DNA of 64,000 nucleotides. It comes from Anaerolineae bacterium (GTDB lineage: Bacteria > Chloroflexota > Anaerolineae > JAADDB01). Where the stretch lies: the NCBI GenBank assembly GCA_015490995.1, contig WFWT01000007.1, forward strand, positions 13,671 through 77,670, written 5' to 3'. A model generated the notes under the pieces. That model was not told where the DNA came from. It searched no databases and saw only the letters and a list, made by a program, of their open reading frames with translations. Position 1 is the stretch's first letter. Each line of letters starts with the position of its first letter. Positions 1 through 10,027 of the stretch are shown in pieces. Made by a program: the position numbers and the translations under genes.

Positions 1-967
1 GAATAGCAAGGGCTCACGCGCGTGTTGCCAGAAGGGCATGTACCTCCGATAGGTGTACAACAGGAACATCAGCACAAATAACGCGATGAAGAGGCCATAA
101 CCAATAACCTGTCGGAGGGTAATGCGGCGTTGACGCAGACCAAATTTTTCCAACGCTTCTACCTGGGCTTCGGTGACCACCTCACCGGAGCGGACGATAA
201 TTTCCCCGGCTTCGTACTCGACGATGACGGGGGGCACGGACTCGCGAGCCTCCTGGCGTAGGCGTTCCGTCTTCTGGGGGTTCGGGAAAGTATTCGGCCG
301 TAGAAGGGCCTGTACAATGCGGGTGACAACTGCTGCCTCCTGTTCGGTCAAACGGGTCTGATCCACCAACAGGGGAACGTTGGCCCGCACAATGGGCAGA
401 TCGCTTTCGCGAATTTCCCGCCCCATGGCCAGCCGGAGGGTGGCCATGGTTTCTGCTGCCACCAGTTCCCATCGCTCTTGGGGCAGAAGGGCCAAAAGAC
501 GGGCATGCTCCTCGGTCAGGTTCAGGTCCGTGATGGCCTGAATTTCGCGGGTCTTCTGGGCCAGGTCCGCGTACGGGTTGGCCCGTACAGTGTCGATGAA
601 GCGGATGATCTCTTGGAGACGGGTGATCTGCTGGCGGGCCACCTGGGGACGCGGTGGGTCGTAGACCTCTTCCACCTGCTGGGCCGCCTTTTCCCGCGCT
701 TGCCGGGTAAGTACTTCGCTCTCGTAACGCAAACTACGAGGCGCCCGGATGTCCAGCGGGGAAACCTCTCCCGCTTCTAAGGTCACCCGTTCACCCAGGG
801 GAATGTCCAACACCAGGAGCGTGGTAGCCAGAACGAGGAAGAGGAGGGAGAGGACGATCACGCGGACAATATCCGACCCGCTGATACCCTCCTCGCCCGG
901 CAGGCGAGGAGGGCGTCGCGCGCCCAACAGGGCGTCCAACCGTTCTAGGTGAATGTTCCGGCTCATG
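1..967 (-). CDS. Membrane-associated HD-superfamily hydrolase, 7TM-receptor type (PgpH/YqfF-like). Only the N-terminal part is present: a TM helix, the extracellular 7TMR-HDED-like domain and the first TM helices. The gene runs off the window start.
   Basis: Translating the reverse strand from the ATG at 967 gives an open frame to position 1 (MSRNIHLERLDALLG...EAGEIIVRSGEVVTEAQVEALEKFGL...IGYGLFIALFVLMFLLYTY). This ORF is not in the supplied track because it has no stop inside the window. The domain pattern, and the yqeY gene immediately upstream, match the conserved yqeY-...-phoH-pgpH neighbourhood. Confidence 0.55.
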
Positions 968-1024
968 AGTATGTGCCCGTGAGACCCGCTTGCAGCCCCT
1001 TGGGCGGTGGCATCGGTGAGGGGC

Positions 1025-1495
1025 TCACGATGATGTCTGTTGTTGCAACAACGCACGCACAACGTCGCTCACCAGGCGACCATCCGCCCGGCCGCGCATT
1101 TCCGCCATGAGCACCTTCATCACCTTCCCCATGTCCTTCGGGCCAGACGCGCCCACTTCAGCAATGACCTCACGGGCGCGTGCCGCAATCTCCTCGCGAG
1201 TCAACTGCCGAGGCAAGTACTGACGTAAGATGGCCAATTCGGCTTCCTCCGCGGCCACCAGATCGTCCCGGCCTCCCCGGACGTACATCTCTATGGCTTC
1301 TTCCCGTTTTTTCGCTTCTCGGGCAATGATCTGCACAATCTCGTCATCGCTCAGCTCGCGCAGCGCGTTTCCCTCCCGGGCCGCGCGGCTGATAGCCGTT
1401 ATGAGACTTCGCAACGCGCGCTTTCGAGCCTCATCCCCACTGCGGATGGCTTCCTTCAAGTCGGCTTCAATGTGATCCTTCAACGCCATGGACAA
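1025..1495 (-). CDS. yqeY: GatB/YqeY domain protein
   Basis: 156-aa ORF with a typical YqeY sequence (LKDHIEADLKEAIRSGDEARK...LRQYLPRQLTREEIAARAREVIAEVGASGPKDMGKVMKVLMAEMRGRADG). Confidence 0.8.
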   Translation of the reverse strand: MSMALKDHIEADLKEAIRSGDEARKRALRSLITAISRAAREGNALRELSDDEIVQIIAREAKKREEAIEMYVRGGRDDLVAAEEAELAILRQYLPRQLTREEIAARAREVIAEVGASGPKDMGKVMKVLMAEMRGRADGRLVSDVVRALLQQQTSS

Positions 1496-1628
1496 GCTAG
1501 CCTCCTCAACAAAAGGTCAACCCTTCGGACAAACATCGCTCCCGATTATAGCGGGAACCGGGAACTCTTGTCAACCGGTGTTGCGCCTTCGCTCTTTGAG
1601 TTACATAGCCTGACCCTAAGCAACTCCT

Positions 1629-1657
1629 TTTGACCAGTTTACGGCTTTTGCTTACAA
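1629..1657 (+). promoter_or_regulatory. Candidate sigma70-type promoter for the L,D-transpeptidase gene (TTGACC-17nt-TACAAT)
   Basis: Reading the sequence: TTGACC at 1629-1634, a 17-nt spacer, TACAAT at 1652-1657, about 105 nt upstream of the ATG at 1763. Confidence 0.4.
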
Positions 1658-1762
1658 TTTAGGCAACTCCGTGTCCCGGACGCGATCTCGTTTCCCCGGG
1701 ATGCCGGGGTGTGAATGTGGTGACCTTCCCCTATGAGCATATGGTGTGGAGGAGAGTGACCA

Positions 1763-3847
1763 ATGACGCAGACAATGCCGCTCCTCAAGCTCCAGGTGAC
1801 CCCGCTGGGTGACCGTCAGGTCCGGTTTCAGGCCATCTTTCCGGTGCCCACCGATCACACGGCAGGTACGTGTGCGACCGCTACCCTATATCCGGGGGAC
1901 GGCAGTCGAATCGACCTTGGCACCCTGTGTGCGCCGACCCTGACTACCTGGCGGGAACGTCGCGTCGTGGATCTGGCCGAACACACGTACCCGGAGGCAG
2001 GCCCCTTTGAGGCCCGTTTGACCTGGGGCAGTCTAACCGTGACCGTTACGGTCGCGCCCGACGAAGAGGCCGAGGAGACACCCGCCCCCACTCCTCTGCC
2101 GGATGTAGTGACCTTCACGGTGGAGCCCGACGAAGAGGCCCCGTTACATCCTAAGGTGTACCTGGCCGTACGGGGTCTCAACAAAAATCATCGGGTGCGT
2201 CTGGACGCTGACGCGGAACAGGCGTTCTGGCTTTATCCCGCCGACGGAGAGGAACAGTCCGCGGAGTGGACCCTGGCGTACAATAAGCCGGGCACGTACC
2301 GCATCACGGTAGACGTGGTCGATGAGCAAGGGTTCTGGGTCGCCACCTTGGCCGAGACGTCGGTGACGGTGCTTGAATTGCCTGCACAGGACGAAACACC
2401 GGAGGAACCTCCCGCCATCGAGATCCCTGAAAGTCTTCCGCCGGCGGCCCGCATTGCCCTGGAGGAAATCGCCGCGTTTCGTACCGACCGACCGGCGTGG
2501 TTGCCCTTCCGGTATGCCCGGCCGGTGTGGCCCAACGCCCGGACGTACGTTTCCCCCGGCGGTGGCCGGATCTCCCGCATTCTCTTGCCGGGCACATACC
2601 TCTCCATCCGGGGCGAAACGGTGGTGGATGGGGAAATCTGGTACCGCACCGCCGGGCACGACTGGATCCCGGCCAGCGCGGTGGTGCTAATTCGGACCAG
2701 CGACCTGCGGGGGGTGGTCCTGCGGAGGGAAGCGCCCCCGACCGAGCCCACCCCGCCTCCAGAGACCCCGTTACGCCGTGGGGTGGTGACCGCGTACATC
2801 CTGAACGTGCGTGCCCAACCTGGCGTCCGGCCAGACAACCCACCCATCGACAAGTTGCGCCAGGGCACAGAGGTTACCATTTACGAGGAGGCTCCCTACA
2901 ACGGTGAGATCTGGTACCGTATCGGCGTGGACCGGTGGGTCCACAGCGGGTGGGTGCGCATCATCAGTGATACGCCCCCGGAGACCGTGTTGCGCCGTGG
3001 GGTGGTGACCGCGTACATCCTGAACGTGCGTGCCCAACCCGGCGTCCGGCCAGACAACCCACCCATCGACAAGCTATATCGGGGTACTGAAGTGACCATC
3101 TATGAGGAAGCCCCCTACAACGGCGAAATCTGGTACCGCATCGGCCTCAACCGGTGGGTTCACAGCGGGTGGGTGCGCGTGCTGGACGGTGTGCCTCGGA
3201 CGGACACGGTCTCGCCTGAGGAAAGCATGACGTTGCCGGTGGGATGGGTGGTCGCACCGGTCTTGAACGTGCGTGCCCAACCCGGCGTCCGGCCAGACAA
3301 CCCACCCATCGACAAGGTACGCTATAAGACGGTCGTGCCAATCCTGGAGGAGACCACGGTCCAGGGCGCGCGTTGGTACCGTATCGGTGAGGACCGCTGG
3401 GTGTACGGAGGATGGGTGGGCGTAGCCCGTTATAAGCCCCGACCGGCCAGCATTCGACCTAATGAGTTCTGGGTGGGGGTCAACCTGCGAGAGCAGACGG
3501 CCGTGGCCTACGAGGGGGATGAGCCCGTCTATGCCGCCTTAGTGGCCACAGGACTCCCACAAACCCCTACCGTACGAGGTATTTTCCGCACCTGGTTGCG
3601 CCTGAAGTGGGGTAAAATGTCCGGCGGAAGCCCGGCTCGGGGGAACTACTACTACCTGGAAGATGTTACCTGGACCATGTACTTCTACCAGGGGTATGCA
3701 CTGCACGGCACATACTGGCACGACGCGTTTGGCCGGCCGCGAAGCCGAGGGTGTGTGAACATGAGCCCTTACGATGCGTGGTGGGTCTTCAACTGGAGCG
3801 CGAAGCAGGGCAAGCACAGCCCGGCCGTATATGTATATTGGCAATAA
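1763..3847 (+). CDS. L,D-transpeptidase (YkuD domain) with several bacterial SH3 (SH3b)-like repeats and a Glu/Pro-rich linker
   Basis: 694-aa ORF with GGAGG 10 nt upstream. The C-terminus carries the YkuD catalytic motif (YALHGTYWHDAFGRPRSRGCVNM). The middle holds repeated about 73-aa units (RRGVVTAYILNVRAQPGVRPDNPPIDK...GEIWYRIG..RWVHSGWVR) typical of SH3b. Confidence 0.85.
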   Translation: MTQTMPLLKLQVTPLGDRQVRFQAIFPVPTDHTAGTCATATLYPGDGSRIDLGTLCAPTLTTWRERRVVDLAEHTYPEAGPFEARLTWGSLTVTVTVAPDEEAEETPAPTPLPDVVTFTVEPDEEAPLHPKVYLAVRGLNKNHRVRLDADAEQAFWLYPADGEEQSAEWTLAYNKPGTYRITVDVVDEQGFWVATLAETSVTVLELPAQDETPEEPPAIEIPESLPPAARIALEEIAAFRTDRPAWLPFRYARPVWPNARTYVSPGGGRISRILLPGTYLSIRGETVVDGEIWYRTAGHDWIPASAVVLIRTSDLRGVVLRREAPPTEPTPPPETPLRRGVVTAYILNVRAQPGVRPDNPPIDKLRQGTEVTIYEEAPYNGEIWYRIGVDRWVHSGWVRIISDTPPETVLRRGVVTAYILNVRAQPGVRPDNPPIDKLYRGTEVTIYEEAPYNGEIWYRIGLNRWVHSGWVRVLDGVPRTDTVSPEESMTLPVGWVVAPVLNVRAQPGVRPDNPPIDKVRYKTVVPILEETTVQGARWYRIGEDRWVYGGWVGVARYKPRPASIRPNEFWVGVNLREQTAVAYEGDEPVYAALVATGLPQTPTVRGIFRTWLRLKWGKMSGGSPARGNYYYLEDVTWTMYFYQGYALHGTYWHDAFGRPRSRGCVNMSPYDAWWVFNWSAKQGKHSPAVYVYWQ
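2761..3198 (+). repeat. Intragenic tandem duplication: two 219-bp units about 85-90% identical at DNA level, plus a third more diverged copy at about 3220-3440. They encode the SH3b-like repeats of the L,D-transpeptidase.
   Basis: The segment starting at 2761 and the one starting at 2980 share near-identical runs (cgccgtggggtggtgaccgcgtacatcctgaacgtgcgtgcccaacc[c/t]ggcgtccggccagacaacccacccatcgacaag). The core gtgcgtgcccaacccggcgtccggccagacaacccacccatcgacaag recurs at about 3268. Confidence 0.8.
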
Positions 3848-3898
3848 TCCTGGGAACGTCCCACCACAGGCCGTGCAGGGGACGTGGAAATCACAGGG

Positions 3899-5620
3899 AT
3901 GTTGCGTGAACTGACCATTCACAACTTTGCGATCGTCGATCAATTGCGAGTGACCTTCGGCCCTGGTCTGAACGTGTTGACCGGCGAGACTGGCGCGGGC
4001 AAGTCCCTGCTGGTGGACGCGATGACCGCCATTCTGGGCGCGCGGGTGCATCCCGAGTGGTTGCGAGCCGGCGCGTCCCAGGGGTTCGTAGAGGGCATCT
4101 TCGAACTGCAGGGGGAGGTGCGCGAACGGGTACATGCCCTCCTCCGTCGGGAAGGCCTGGAAGGGGAAGAGGAGGATGTGCTGATCCTCGCCCGGGAACT
4201 GCGGGCCGGGGGGCGTAGCGTGGCGCGGGTCAACGGTCGCGCGGTGACCGCGTCCTTGTTGGCCGAACTGGGCAGCTTGCTGGTGGACATTCACGGTCAG
4301 GGCGATCATCTCTCCCTTCTTCAACCGCGACATCAGCTGGCCCTGCTGGACCGTTACGCACACCTGGAGTCCCTACGAGCTGCCGTTGCCGAGGAAGTCG
4401 CCCACCTGCGAGCAGTACAGCGTGAATTGAACGATCTTCGCACCCGAGAGCGGGAGCTGGCTCAGCGCGCTGATCTCCTGGCCTATCAGGTTCAGGAAAT
4501 CTACAACGCGCACTTGGAACCTGGGGAAGACGAAGCTCTGGAGGCCGAACGCCGGCGATTGGCCCACGCCGAACAGCTCATGGAAGGGGTGGAAGCCGCC
4601 ATACTTGCCCTGGAGGGGGAAATCGGCGCTACGCCGGGCGCCATTGACTTGCTAGGCGAAGCAAGTCACCGCCTGAGCCGGCTCGGCGACCTCGACCCGG
4701 ACCTCGTTCGCCTTGCAGAACAGGCTGAGGTGCTCGCGGACCAGGTAAACGACCTGTTGCGGGAGTTGCATCATTATCGGGACCGGGTGGAATTCAACCC
4801 TCAACGGCTGGAGGAGGTAGAGGAGCGCCTGGCGCTGATTCGCAACCTCAAACGCAAGTACGGTGATACCATCGAGGATATCCTGGCATACGCAGCGCGA
4901 GCCGAACAGGAACTGGCCCAGATCGAACATGCGGACGAACGTCTGACCGAGCTGACTGCCCAGGCAGAAGACCTGCTACGGCGGGTGGGCCAGCTCGCGG
5001 CAGAACTCTCCCGTCGGCGTCAGGAGGCCGCGGAACGCCTGGCACGCGAGGTGGAGGCCATATTGAAGGACCTACACATGCCCCACACGCGCGTGCAGGT
5101 ACAGGTCACCCAGGAGGAGGCGCCAGAGGGCGTACCGGTGGGGGACAAGCGGCTCGCCTTCTCCAGCACAGGTGTGGACCGGGTGCAATTCCTGGTGGCG
5201 ACAAACCCCGGTGAACCGCTGCGTCCACTGGCCCGCATTGCCTCGGGCGGGGAAACAGCCCGTCTAATGTTGGCATTGAAGACCGTCCTCGCCCACGCCG
5301 ATCCCGTGCCGACGCTCATCTTCGATGAAATCGACGTGGGCATAGGCGGTCGGGTGGGACGCGTGGTAGGACAACTTTTGCGTCGATTGGCCCAACACCA
5401 TCAGGTCCTCTGTATCACCCACCTTCCCCAGGTGGCCGCGTACGGTCATCACCACTTGAACGTGGTCAAGCAGGTGGAGGAAGGACGTACCCGAGTGACG
5501 GTGCAAGTGTTGCAGGGCGAAGCGCGACTGTGGGAACTGGCCGCCATGCTGGGCGCGCCGACACCCACGGGCTTCCAAAGCGCTCAGGAGATGCTGGAAG
5601 AAGCAGAAAACGCCACCTGA
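3899..5620 (+). CDS. recN: DNA repair protein RecN
   Basis: MLRELTIHNFAIVDQLRVTFGPGLNVLTGETGAGKSLLVDAM... (Walker A), a long coiled-coil centre, and the C-terminal SMC-like signature and Walker B region. The track opens at the GTG at 3884; the ATG at 3899 matches the canonical RecN N-terminus. Confidence 0.9.
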   Translation: MLRELTIHNFAIVDQLRVTFGPGLNVLTGETGAGKSLLVDAMTAILGARVHPEWLRAGASQGFVEGIFELQGEVRERVHALLRREGLEGEEEDVLILARELRAGGRSVARVNGRAVTASLLAELGSLLVDIHGQGDHLSLLQPRHQLALLDRYAHLESLRAAVAEEVAHLRAVQRELNDLRTRERELAQRADLLAYQVQEIYNAHLEPGEDEALEAERRRLAHAEQLMEGVEAAILALEGEIGATPGAIDLLGEASHRLSRLGDLDPDLVRLAEQAEVLADQVNDLLRELHHYRDRVEFNPQRLEEVEERLALIRNLKRKYGDTIEDILAYAARAEQELAQIEHADERLTELTAQAEDLLRRVGQLAAELSRRRQEAAERLAREVEAILKDLHMPHTRVQVQVTQEEAPEGVPVGDKRLAFSSTGVDRVQFLVATNPGEPLRPLARIASGGETARLMLALKTVLAHADPVPTLIFDEIDVGIGGRVGRVVGQLLRRLAQHHQVLCITHLPQVAAYGHHHLNVVKQVEEGRTRVTVQVLQGEARLWELAAMLGAPTPTGFQSAQEMLEEAENAT

Positions 5621-5625
5621 GAGGG

Positions 5626-7098
5626 TTAGCCGACGCCCCGGGAGAGATATTGACGTTGCCAGGCCCTCAAGTGTTCCCGTACATCAGGCCACACCACCAG
5701 AACGGTCAGAAAGTACACAAGCCCGTAACTTCCCCCCGCAAGCACGAGACGCTCTACGCCGGGCGTGGTCAGCCAGCGAGAGAGGACCAACGCCGTAAGT
5801 ACGGTTAACAGTCCTCCTACACCCACGGTGGGGAGCAACGCTCGCACGTAAGGCCGCCATCCCGCGGCGAGAATGCGGTCGGCCAGCACTGCGGAAATGC
5901 CGAAATCCACTATCGCCACCCCCGCCGAGAGGATACTGACCCCCAAAATCCCCTGCCAGCGAATCGCCGGGTACAGGAGAAGCACCATCGTAGTCAGACG
6001 CCACATCGCGATGTAGGTCAGATATTGCGGACGTCCCCCGCTCCGATACACGTTGCCGATGTTCGCCGCCAGTGCCCTTATTAGCCCGTAAATGGCCAGC
6101 CAGCGCATGGGTCCAACCATCTCCCGCCACTTGTCCGGGCCGATCAGCGCGACCACGTCGGTCGCGAACAGGATGGTCCCTCCTGCGATGGGTACAGCCA
6201 GCAGGGACACGTACGCCAGAGCCTGAAAGTACACCCGTCGGAAGAGGGAACGATCCTCCCGTACTTTGGCGAGTGCGGGGAACATCACCTGATTCACAAC
6301 GCCGGTAATCTGGGTGGCCGGCAGGTTGGAAAGCCGATAAGCGTTGTCATATACTCCCTCCGGTCCCCATCCCAGAAGGCGAATAACGAAGAGGTCATCC
6401 ACGTTGGTAATGCCCAGGATGAGCAGCTGGGAGCCCATGATGTGCTTGCCATAGGCGAAAAGTTCGCGAGCCAACCGTGGGACGAACACCCATCGAGGAC
6501 GCCATCCGGTGATCCACCAGGACAGGCCGACCATGCTGGTTGTAGCGCCCAAGCGGCCGAATACCAAGCTCCATACCCCCCATCCCAATGCCGCCAAAGG
6601 CAGCGAGATGGCCACATGGACCAAGTTGGACGCAATCTCGGGAACGGCGCGACGGCGGAAGTCCATCTCCTTGGTCAAGCGAACCATAGGCACTCGGGCC
6701 AAGGCACCGATGATCAGGTTTAACCCCAGTACCTGCAACACCGGTGCGATCAGGGGGTTGGGGTCGCGGGCAAAGGACACGGCCAAAGGCGCAATCCAAA
6801 GGGTGAGGAGGTACATGACCACTGCCGTGCCCAGAACAAACCAAAACGCGGTGTGCTCTGCCTGTTCCTCCTCTTCTCCGGTACGGCCTCGGAAGTAGAT
6901 GAGGGCCGAGCCGAAGCCGGCTTCGCGAATCAGCTGTAGGGCGTCGACGTACAGGTTGGCGCCGGCGATCAACCCAAAGTCCTCTCGGGTTAACAACACA
7001 GCCAGCACCAGGCGGGTGATCAGCCCCAATACCCGGATGATGACGTTGGCCAGAGCAACCCAAAACACACCGGAGCGGATCTGACGGCCCAGGGTCAT
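5626..7098 (-). CDS. Polysaccharide biosynthesis protein / oligosaccharide flippase of the MOP superfamily (Wzx/MurJ-like)
   Basis: Multi-TM protein with flippase-like sequence (MTLGRQIRSGVFWVALANVIIRVLGLITRLVL...). The track ORF continues upstream to 7380. I chose the ATG at 7098 because it forms an ATGA overlap with the stop of the upstream methyltransferase gene. Confidence 0.7.
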   Translation of the reverse strand: MTLGRQIRSGVFWVALANVIIRVLGLITRLVLAVLLTREDFGLIAGANLYVDALQLIREAGFGSALIYFRGRTGEEEEQAEHTAFWFVLGTAVVMYLLTLWIAPLAVSFARDPNPLIAPVLQVLGLNLIIGALARVPMVRLTKEMDFRRRAVPEIASNLVHVAISLPLAALGWGVWSLVFGRLGATTSMVGLSWWITGWRPRWVFVPRLARELFAYGKHIMGSQLLILGITNVDDLFVIRLLGWGPEGVYDNAYRLSNLPATQITGVVNQVMFPALAKVREDRSLFRRVYFQALAYVSLLAVPIAGGTILFATDVVALIGPDKWREMVGPMRWLAIYGLIRALAANIGNVYRSGGRPQYLTYIAMWRLTTMVLLLYPAIRWQGILGVSILSAGVAIVDFGISAVLADRILAAGWRPYVRALLPTVGVGGLLTVLTALVLSRWLTTPGVERLVLAGGSYGLVYFLTVLVVWPDVREHLRAWQRQYLSRGVG

Positions 7099-7832
7099 GC
7101 GGGTTTCCTCGCATCGATGATAAAATCGCGAGCGAACAGGGAAGGTCGATGTCGTGCCAGCCACGTGTACACCGCCCGCACCCCCGGCCACCGCAAGTAA
7201 GCAGGGTACATCTGCCAGACCCAAAGGGAGGCGGACCCATCGGTGCCCACCACGCGTAGCCCGCGCGCTTCCAAAGCCCGTCGGGTGTCGGATAGGGTGA
7301 AGTGTCGCAGGTGCGTGAAATCCGTCGGTGTGTTGCGCACTACCGGAAAGCGACCGCGCAACAACTGCCACCGTACCCACCAGTGGGCGATGTTGGGCAG
7401 GAGCAGCAGGAATTGGCCCCCTGGACGTAGCACACGCACCACTTCATCCAGCACCGGATCCACAAAAAACCGGTGCTCCAGCCCGCTGTCGCTTACCACG
7501 ATGTCAAAACTCTCAGAAGCGAAGGGCAGTCCACCGGCATCCAAGTCCACCTGAACCGAGCACAAGCCCTTTTCTCGAGAGAACCGACACGCGACCGCGC
7601 TCAGATCGGTGGCGAAAACACGATACCCCCGTGCCCGGAACATTTGCCCCAAAACGCCGTTGCCGCTGTCCAGGGCCAGCAGACGTTCTCCCGTCGCGGC
7701 ACGGTCGACCAGCAATTGTAACCGAGAGCGGTCGACCAGATCACCCTTCTCGCGCCAGTACGCGTCGTACCAAGCTCGCAGGTTCACGCCATATCCCCTC
7801 AGCGGCTCAAAGTGGGCAACCACGCGCACCAT
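7095..7832 (-). CDS. Class I SAM-dependent methyltransferase (Methyltransf_11-like)
   Basis: LALDSGNGVLGQMFRARGYRVFATDLS (motif I, D-x-G-x-G), ...LRPGGQFLL. The start could also be the upstream ATG at 7889. Confidence 0.7.
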   Translation of the reverse strand: MVRVVAHFEPLRGYGVNLRAWYDAYWREKGDLVDRSRLQLLVDRAATGERLLALDSGNGVLGQMFRARGYRVFATDLSAVACRFSREKGLCSVQVDLDAGGLPFASESFDIVVSDSGLEHRFFVDPVLDEVVRVLRPGGQFLLLLPNIAHWWVRWQLLRGRFPVVRNTPTDFTHLRHFTLSDTRRALEARGLRVVGTDGSASLWVWQMYPAYLRWPGVRAVYTWLARHRPSLFARDFIIDARKPA

Positions 7833-9625
7833 TGGCGCCGGTTCCCAAAGTTTCGCTCGACAACTTCCCCGGCGGTGATAACGACCCAATAAGCATTCAC
7901 CGTAACGTCCTCATAACAGGGAGGACTTACCTCGGTCACGAGGTACGTGCCGGGCTTCAAGCCCGCAAACCGGTATCGTCCATCCTCGCCGGTGGTTACT
8001 TGGGCAATCGGCTGGCCGGCCTCACGCAACACCACTCGGCTACCGGGGATGCCCGGTTCGTCCGGGTCATATTGTCCGTTGCCGTTAGCATCGTCGAACA
8101 CCACGCCCTGGAGAGTGCCCGTCGTGGGGGTGGGCATTGTGGTGGTGACCGTGAAAGCAACCCGCCCTCCGGGCAGTGGAAACCGGACCTTCCCGTCAAC
8201 AGGGGTGATTACCTGGGACACAGGCGGAACTGGAGGGGAAGTAGTGACCGTCACCGGTGTCGTAGGCCATCCCAAGTCGGCCAGGTTCAGCGTAAAGGTG
8301 AGTCCTACGGTGTCCTCAACAACGCCTGTAACCACGGTGGCCGTGTGGGTCACGGTGACGGTAATCCAGCGTTCAGGGCCGGGGAGCGGTGTCCATGCAG
8401 CCCACCAGAAACGGTATGGCCCTTGTTCCTCCTCATCGGCGTCGGTGACCGCGTGTATGGCATTGGGGGGTGCAGGACGCCGGAAAGCGGCAAGCCAGTC
8501 CAGAGCCTGGGCGTATGTCACAAAGTTGGGATCATTGGGATCAAAGGGCCCACTGTGATTGCCGTCATATTCCCGGAGGGTAACCGGCGCGTCACTACGG
8601 GCTGCCCGAATGGCTTGATACAGGTCTCGTGCGTGGTGGACCGGCACCCGCTCATCCTGACGGCCGTGAACGAGGAGCAACGGCGTGTGGACCAGGTTGC
8701 CGGCGAAGGAAAGGGGCGAACGACGGGCATAGGCAAAGGGCACTTCCTCCGGCAGTCCGCCCACCTCACGCCAAATGTTCGGATACGCCCGCGGGTCCTC
8801 TGTGAGCCACCGGGCCAAGTCTGTAGGGGAAGCGTAAACGACCGCGGCTGCGAAGTAGTCCGGGAATTTGCCCAGCGTGGTTAAGAGGGTCAGACCACCG
8901 GCGGAGTCGCTGAGGAGGTACACGCGTGTTGGGTCCACCGGATACGTACGCTGAACGTACGCCAGCACATCAAGCACATCACGTTGAGCGGGCCGAGCCC
9001 CCATTGGCCGATATCCCACGCTCACCGGGGAGGGACATCCTGCTGCGGGGTCCCACGGATCACCGGGAAGGGGCACCGGTCGCTCCCCGTGAAGCTCCGG
9101 CGCAGCGAACACCCATCCCCGCTGTGCAACCACAGGGCCTATACTCTCGGCCGCGTCCCGGTGAGGTGCACGCTGTTGATAACAGGAGAACATGCCGTGA
9201 AGGTAGATCACCACCGGCATAGGGGACGTGGGCAAAGGCGTCGGCAAAGCCAGACTCGCCCGCTGGGTGGTCCCATCCCAGGAACTGAGGAACGTGATGT
9301 CCACCACCGTAGTGGTGTACGTCGTGGTTTCCATCGGAGGTACGGCCGTTCTACCACCGGCGAGGGAACCCGTAGTACGTGCATCCACCACCAGCCCGAA
9401 GAACGTTCCGGCCAGCCACCCCCCTATAATCATCAAGGCGAGTGTTCGGAAGCTTATTGCTATGTCGGCCTTTCGGCCCTCATCCCCTTCCCATCCCTTT
9501 ACAGGCCATGCATTTCCAAACGCCCTTACGAGGGCGACAAGGACTTGACGAATGCGCCCCCAGGTAAACCACAGGGCCGCTTGTTTCCCGTGGGCGAGTG
9601 GGCTTCTGTTGCTGGCCGATGGCAT
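7799..9625 (-). CDS. Membrane-anchored or secreted alpha/beta-hydrolase (esterase/peptidase, S9/PHB-depolymerase-like) with a C-terminal SdrD-B/Cna-B-type domain
   Basis: N-terminal hydrophobic segment (MIIGGWLAGTFFGLVV). Hydrolase core (VVIYLHGMF...LLSDSAGG nucleophile elbow ...LLLVHGRQDERVP). A Thr/Pro/Val-rich linker. Cna-B-like motif (VVFDDANGNGQYDPDEPGIPGSRVVL...TTGEDGRYRFAGLKPGTYLV). The start is uncertain: 9625 or the internal Met at about 9433. Confidence 0.65.
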   Translation of the reverse strand: MPSASNRSPLAHGKQAALWFTWGRIRQVLVALVRAFGNAWPVKGWEGDEGRKADIAISFRTLALMIIGGWLAGTFFGLVVDARTTGSLAGGRTAVPPMETTTYTTTVVDITFLSSWDGTTQRASLALPTPLPTSPMPVVIYLHGMFSCYQQRAPHRDAAESIGPVVAQRGWVFAAPELHGERPVPLPGDPWDPAAGCPSPVSVGYRPMGARPAQRDVLDVLAYVQRTYPVDPTRVYLLSDSAGGLTLLTTLGKFPDYFAAAVVYASPTDLARWLTEDPRAYPNIWREVGGLPEEVPFAYARRSPLSFAGNLVHTPLLLVHGRQDERVPVHHARDLYQAIRAARSDAPVTLREYDGNHSGPFDPNDPNFVTYAQALDWLAAFRRPAPPNAIHAVTDADEEEQGPYRFWWAAWTPLPGPERWITVTVTHTATVVTGVVEDTVGLTFTLNLADLGWPTTPVTVTTSPPVPPVSQVITPVDGKVRFPLPGGRVAFTVTTTMPTPTTGTLQGVVFDDANGNGQYDPDEPGIPGSRVVLREAGQPIAQVTTGEDGRYRFAGLKPGTYLVTEVSPPCYEDVTVNAYWVVITAGEVVERNFGNRRQWCAWLPTLSR

Positions 9626-10027
9626 CTACCTGTTCCTCCCGTGAGGTAACTCCCACTACACTGCCGGCACGGCAACCGTTAGATTGTAGTGCGCTTTAGC
9701 GCGGGGGACCAAGTTATTCCTCGTTTCCGTGAGGGACCATAACAGAACCTGAATGCCGGGGAAGCAGTCCTTCAGCCTTTATTCTCTTAACCAGGCCTTA
9801 AACTTTTGATAGGATACCTCTAACCTCTCTCCGCTCTTGGAACGCTACACTGGATTCAGCAACCCAGCCGCCGATAGACCCACAAACGTATCGTTGACCT
9901 TTTCCGGTGCGTTGGTCACAAGAGGGATGCCCCGGTTGAGAGCACACCGGACACTGGAGGGGGGACGTTTACCGGAAGAATACGGCTCAGGACGGGAGCA
10001 TGACCGTCACAGGGGTGGACGGGTCCC

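Noticed and set aside
2233-2880. Several 100-215-aa minus-strand and alternative-frame ORFs (for example 2233-2880, 2304-2843, 2144-2659)
   Set aside because: They lie inside the L,D-transpeptidase gene and are generated by its GC-rich, repetitive sequence. They have no independent support.
6395-7240. 281-aa minus-strand alternative-frame ORF and the 7328-8884 plus-strand 518-aa ORF
   Set aside because: They overlap the flippase, methyltransferase and hydrolase genes in other frames. Their sequences are low-complexity and Arg/Pro-rich, so they are judged non-coding.
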